A stretch of DNA of 34,941 nt from Patescibacteria group bacterium. GTDB lineage: Bacteria > Patescibacteriota > WWE3 > UBA101185 > UBA10185. Each line of letters begins with the position of its first letter. Position 1 is the first letter of the stretch. The DNA lies in NCBI GenBank assembly GCA_049297375.1, contig JBAQUF010000007.1, positions 1-34,941 on the forward strand. Direction: 5' to 3'. The position numbers were made by a program, and so were the translations under genes. The notes below the pieces were generated by a model, which did not search any database, was not told the origin of the DNA, and worked only from the letters and a program-made list of their open reading frames with translations. Below, piece by piece: positions 33,670 through 34,941 of this stretch.

Positions 33670-34812
33670 ATGCATATGAGAGGTATCTTAAAAGATATAG
33701 TAAAACCACAGTTCCTTCTAAAGATTGGTTTAGTACTGTGTGTATTTCTTTCATCTTCTTACCTTAAATACAAGGTTTTAGATGAAGCTGGGGGGGATTT
33801 TTCTACATATAAAAAGGCAGTTAGAGACTTTATTGCAGGAAAAAATATCTATAAAGATACTGTTGAATCATATGAACCTGGGTCTACTAAAGAACATGGG
33901 TATGCATACTTTCCAACAATGCTTTATATATACTCTCCTTTGTATAAACTAAGTCTTGCTATAAATTATCCCCTTCAAAGAGTATGGAAAGCATCGGTTT
34001 TCATAGCTGATATTGGAGTAGGCTTAATGATTTTAAAAATATTATGGAAAAAGAGCTATTGGGCAGCTTTGGCTGGAGTAACTTTTTGGTGGTTAAACCC
34101 TTTCTTAACAGTTAGAAATTCCGGAGTTTACACAGAGCCTTTTGGAATACTTTTTATGCTTCTTGCTCTTTATTATCTTGAAAAAGACGACATAAAAGCA
34201 GGAATATGCTATGCTGTTTCCTTTTCTTTTAAATCTTTTCCAGTTATTCTCCTTCCACTTTTCTTAATAAAATCCAAGAATAAAGTTAAGTTTTTACTAG
34301 GAGCTGCGGTGTTTGCAATAATAATAAGCATTCCCTTTATGATAAGTATTCAAGATTTTATGTGGTATGTTCAAGGAGCATTTTTTGTTCATGGATCAAG
34401 AGAACCACAAGGAAGACCTCTTCTTTTCTTCATAACCTACTACACTTCTATTCCTTTATTTTCTCTTGTTACAGCTAATATTTATAGATATGTTTGTATA
34501 GTCCTTGGATGGGTTCTTACTTCTTACCTTCAGTTTAAGAAGAAGATATTGGATAAGTATATTTTAAGTATGATTTCTTTTGCAGTTTTCTATTTATTTA
34601 CCCCAGTACTTACAAGAACATATATACTTTGGTTTATACCAGTTTATACAATTGGGATGTTTGATGTATTTGAAAAGAAAAAAGAAGGATTTACTGGTAA
34701 AAACAAAATATACTTTTTCCTTTCCTTAATTGCATTTTATGCATTTTATGCATGGTATTTATCCTTATGGTCTAAGGGTTTAAGAATAAAGGGTGATGTA
34801 ATTTCTTTATGA
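33670..34812 (+). CDS. polytopic membrane protein, GT-C/DUF2029-like glycosyltransferase candidate
   Basis: 380 aa with about 9-10 TM helices. TAAAAT at 33662-33667 makes the second ATG (33676) an equally likely leaderless start. The stop overlaps the next ATG (ATGA). Confidence 0.6.
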   Translation: MHMRGILKDIVKPQFLLKIGLVLCVFLSSSYLKYKVLDEAGGDFSTYKKAVRDFIAGKNIYKDTVESYEPGSTKEHGYAYFPTMLYIYSPLYKLSLAINYPLQRVWKASVFIADIGVGLMILKILWKKSYWAALAGVTFWWLNPFLTVRNSGVYTEPFGILFMLLALYYLEKDDIKAGICYAVSFSFKSFPVILLPLFLIKSKNKVKFLLGAAVFAIIISIPFMISIQDFMWYVQGAFFVHGSREPQGRPLLFFITYYTSIPLFSLVTANIYRYVCIVLGWVLTSYLQFKKKILDKYILSMISFAVFYLFTPVLTRTYILWFIPVYTIGMFDVFEKKKEGFTGKNKIYFFLSLIAFYAFYAWYLSLWSKGLRIKGDVISL

Positions 34813-34941
34813 ACCAGAAAATATCTTTTTGGATAAAAGTTTGGTTAGTAACAAAGAAAATAATTAACTGGATAGCTAAATCTGACTTAATTATAGTTAG
34901 CATCCTTGTATTAGCATCTTCATATCTTAGGTTTAAAAACC
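34809..34941 (+). CDS. 5' end of a further membrane protein (runs off the window)
   Basis: ATG at 34809 overlaps the TGA of the previous gene. The frame is open to the window edge (MNQKISFWIKVWLVTKKIINWIAKSDLIIVSILVLASSYLRFKN...). Confidence 0.5.
   Translation, partial: MNQKISFWIKVWLVTKKIINWIAKSDLIIVSILVLASSYLRFKN

Noticed and set aside
1-34941. Possibility of an alternative genetic code (UGA recoding, as in some candidate phyla)
   Set aside because: Standard-code translation gives long, uninterrupted, full-length orthologues (ThrRS, TypA, MnmA, IscS, TrxB). TGA also functions as a stop, for example at 34810-34812 and 16151-16153, so code 11 fits.
1-34941. CRISPR arrays, rRNA genes, IS elements or transposases, prophage genes
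   Set aside because: I saw no regularly spaced direct repeats, no rRNA-like conserved blocks, no DDE or serine/tyrosine recombinase-like ORFs, and no phage structural genes on either strand.

Overview
AT-rich, tightly packed bacterial chromosome segment. Most genes are on the - strand and are standard (code 11) ORFs. The gene set and its reduced domain architectures suggest a small-genome, probably Patescibacteria/CPR-like organism; that placement is inference. Housekeeping content: thrS-infC-rpmI-rplT, truB, tig-clpP, an iscS-iscU-mnmA operon, typA, a DEAD-box helicase, trxB, and six tRNA genes that all encode their 3' CCA. Envelope and accessory content: a 12-repeat NHL surface protein, three GT-C-type membrane glycosyltransferase-like genes, two paralogous secreted cell-wall-hydrolase-like proteins flanking a DMT transporter, ABC and MFS transporters, an HExxH protein, and several orphans. 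The best candidate for something undescribed is the 613-bp ORF-free, hairpin-rich gap at 28022-28634 beside the tRNA-Arg/tRNA-Leu pair. It contains two + strand promoter-to-terminator units pointing against all neighbouring genes, and I could not match either to a known RNA family by eye. Other items worth follow-up: a DUF4143-type AAA+ ATPase gene bracketed by an imperfect ~32-bp direct repeat; a thioredoxin-fold / CPVC-membrane / Cys-tail gene trio; a recurring arrangement of a -10 box 5-11 nt before ATG with no Shine-Dalgarno at operon-first genes (leaderless mRNAs); a non-canonical ATA start for infC; and two G+C-richer orphan genes, each parked next to the 3' end of a tRNA. No CRISPR array, rRNA, transposase or integrase was seen.
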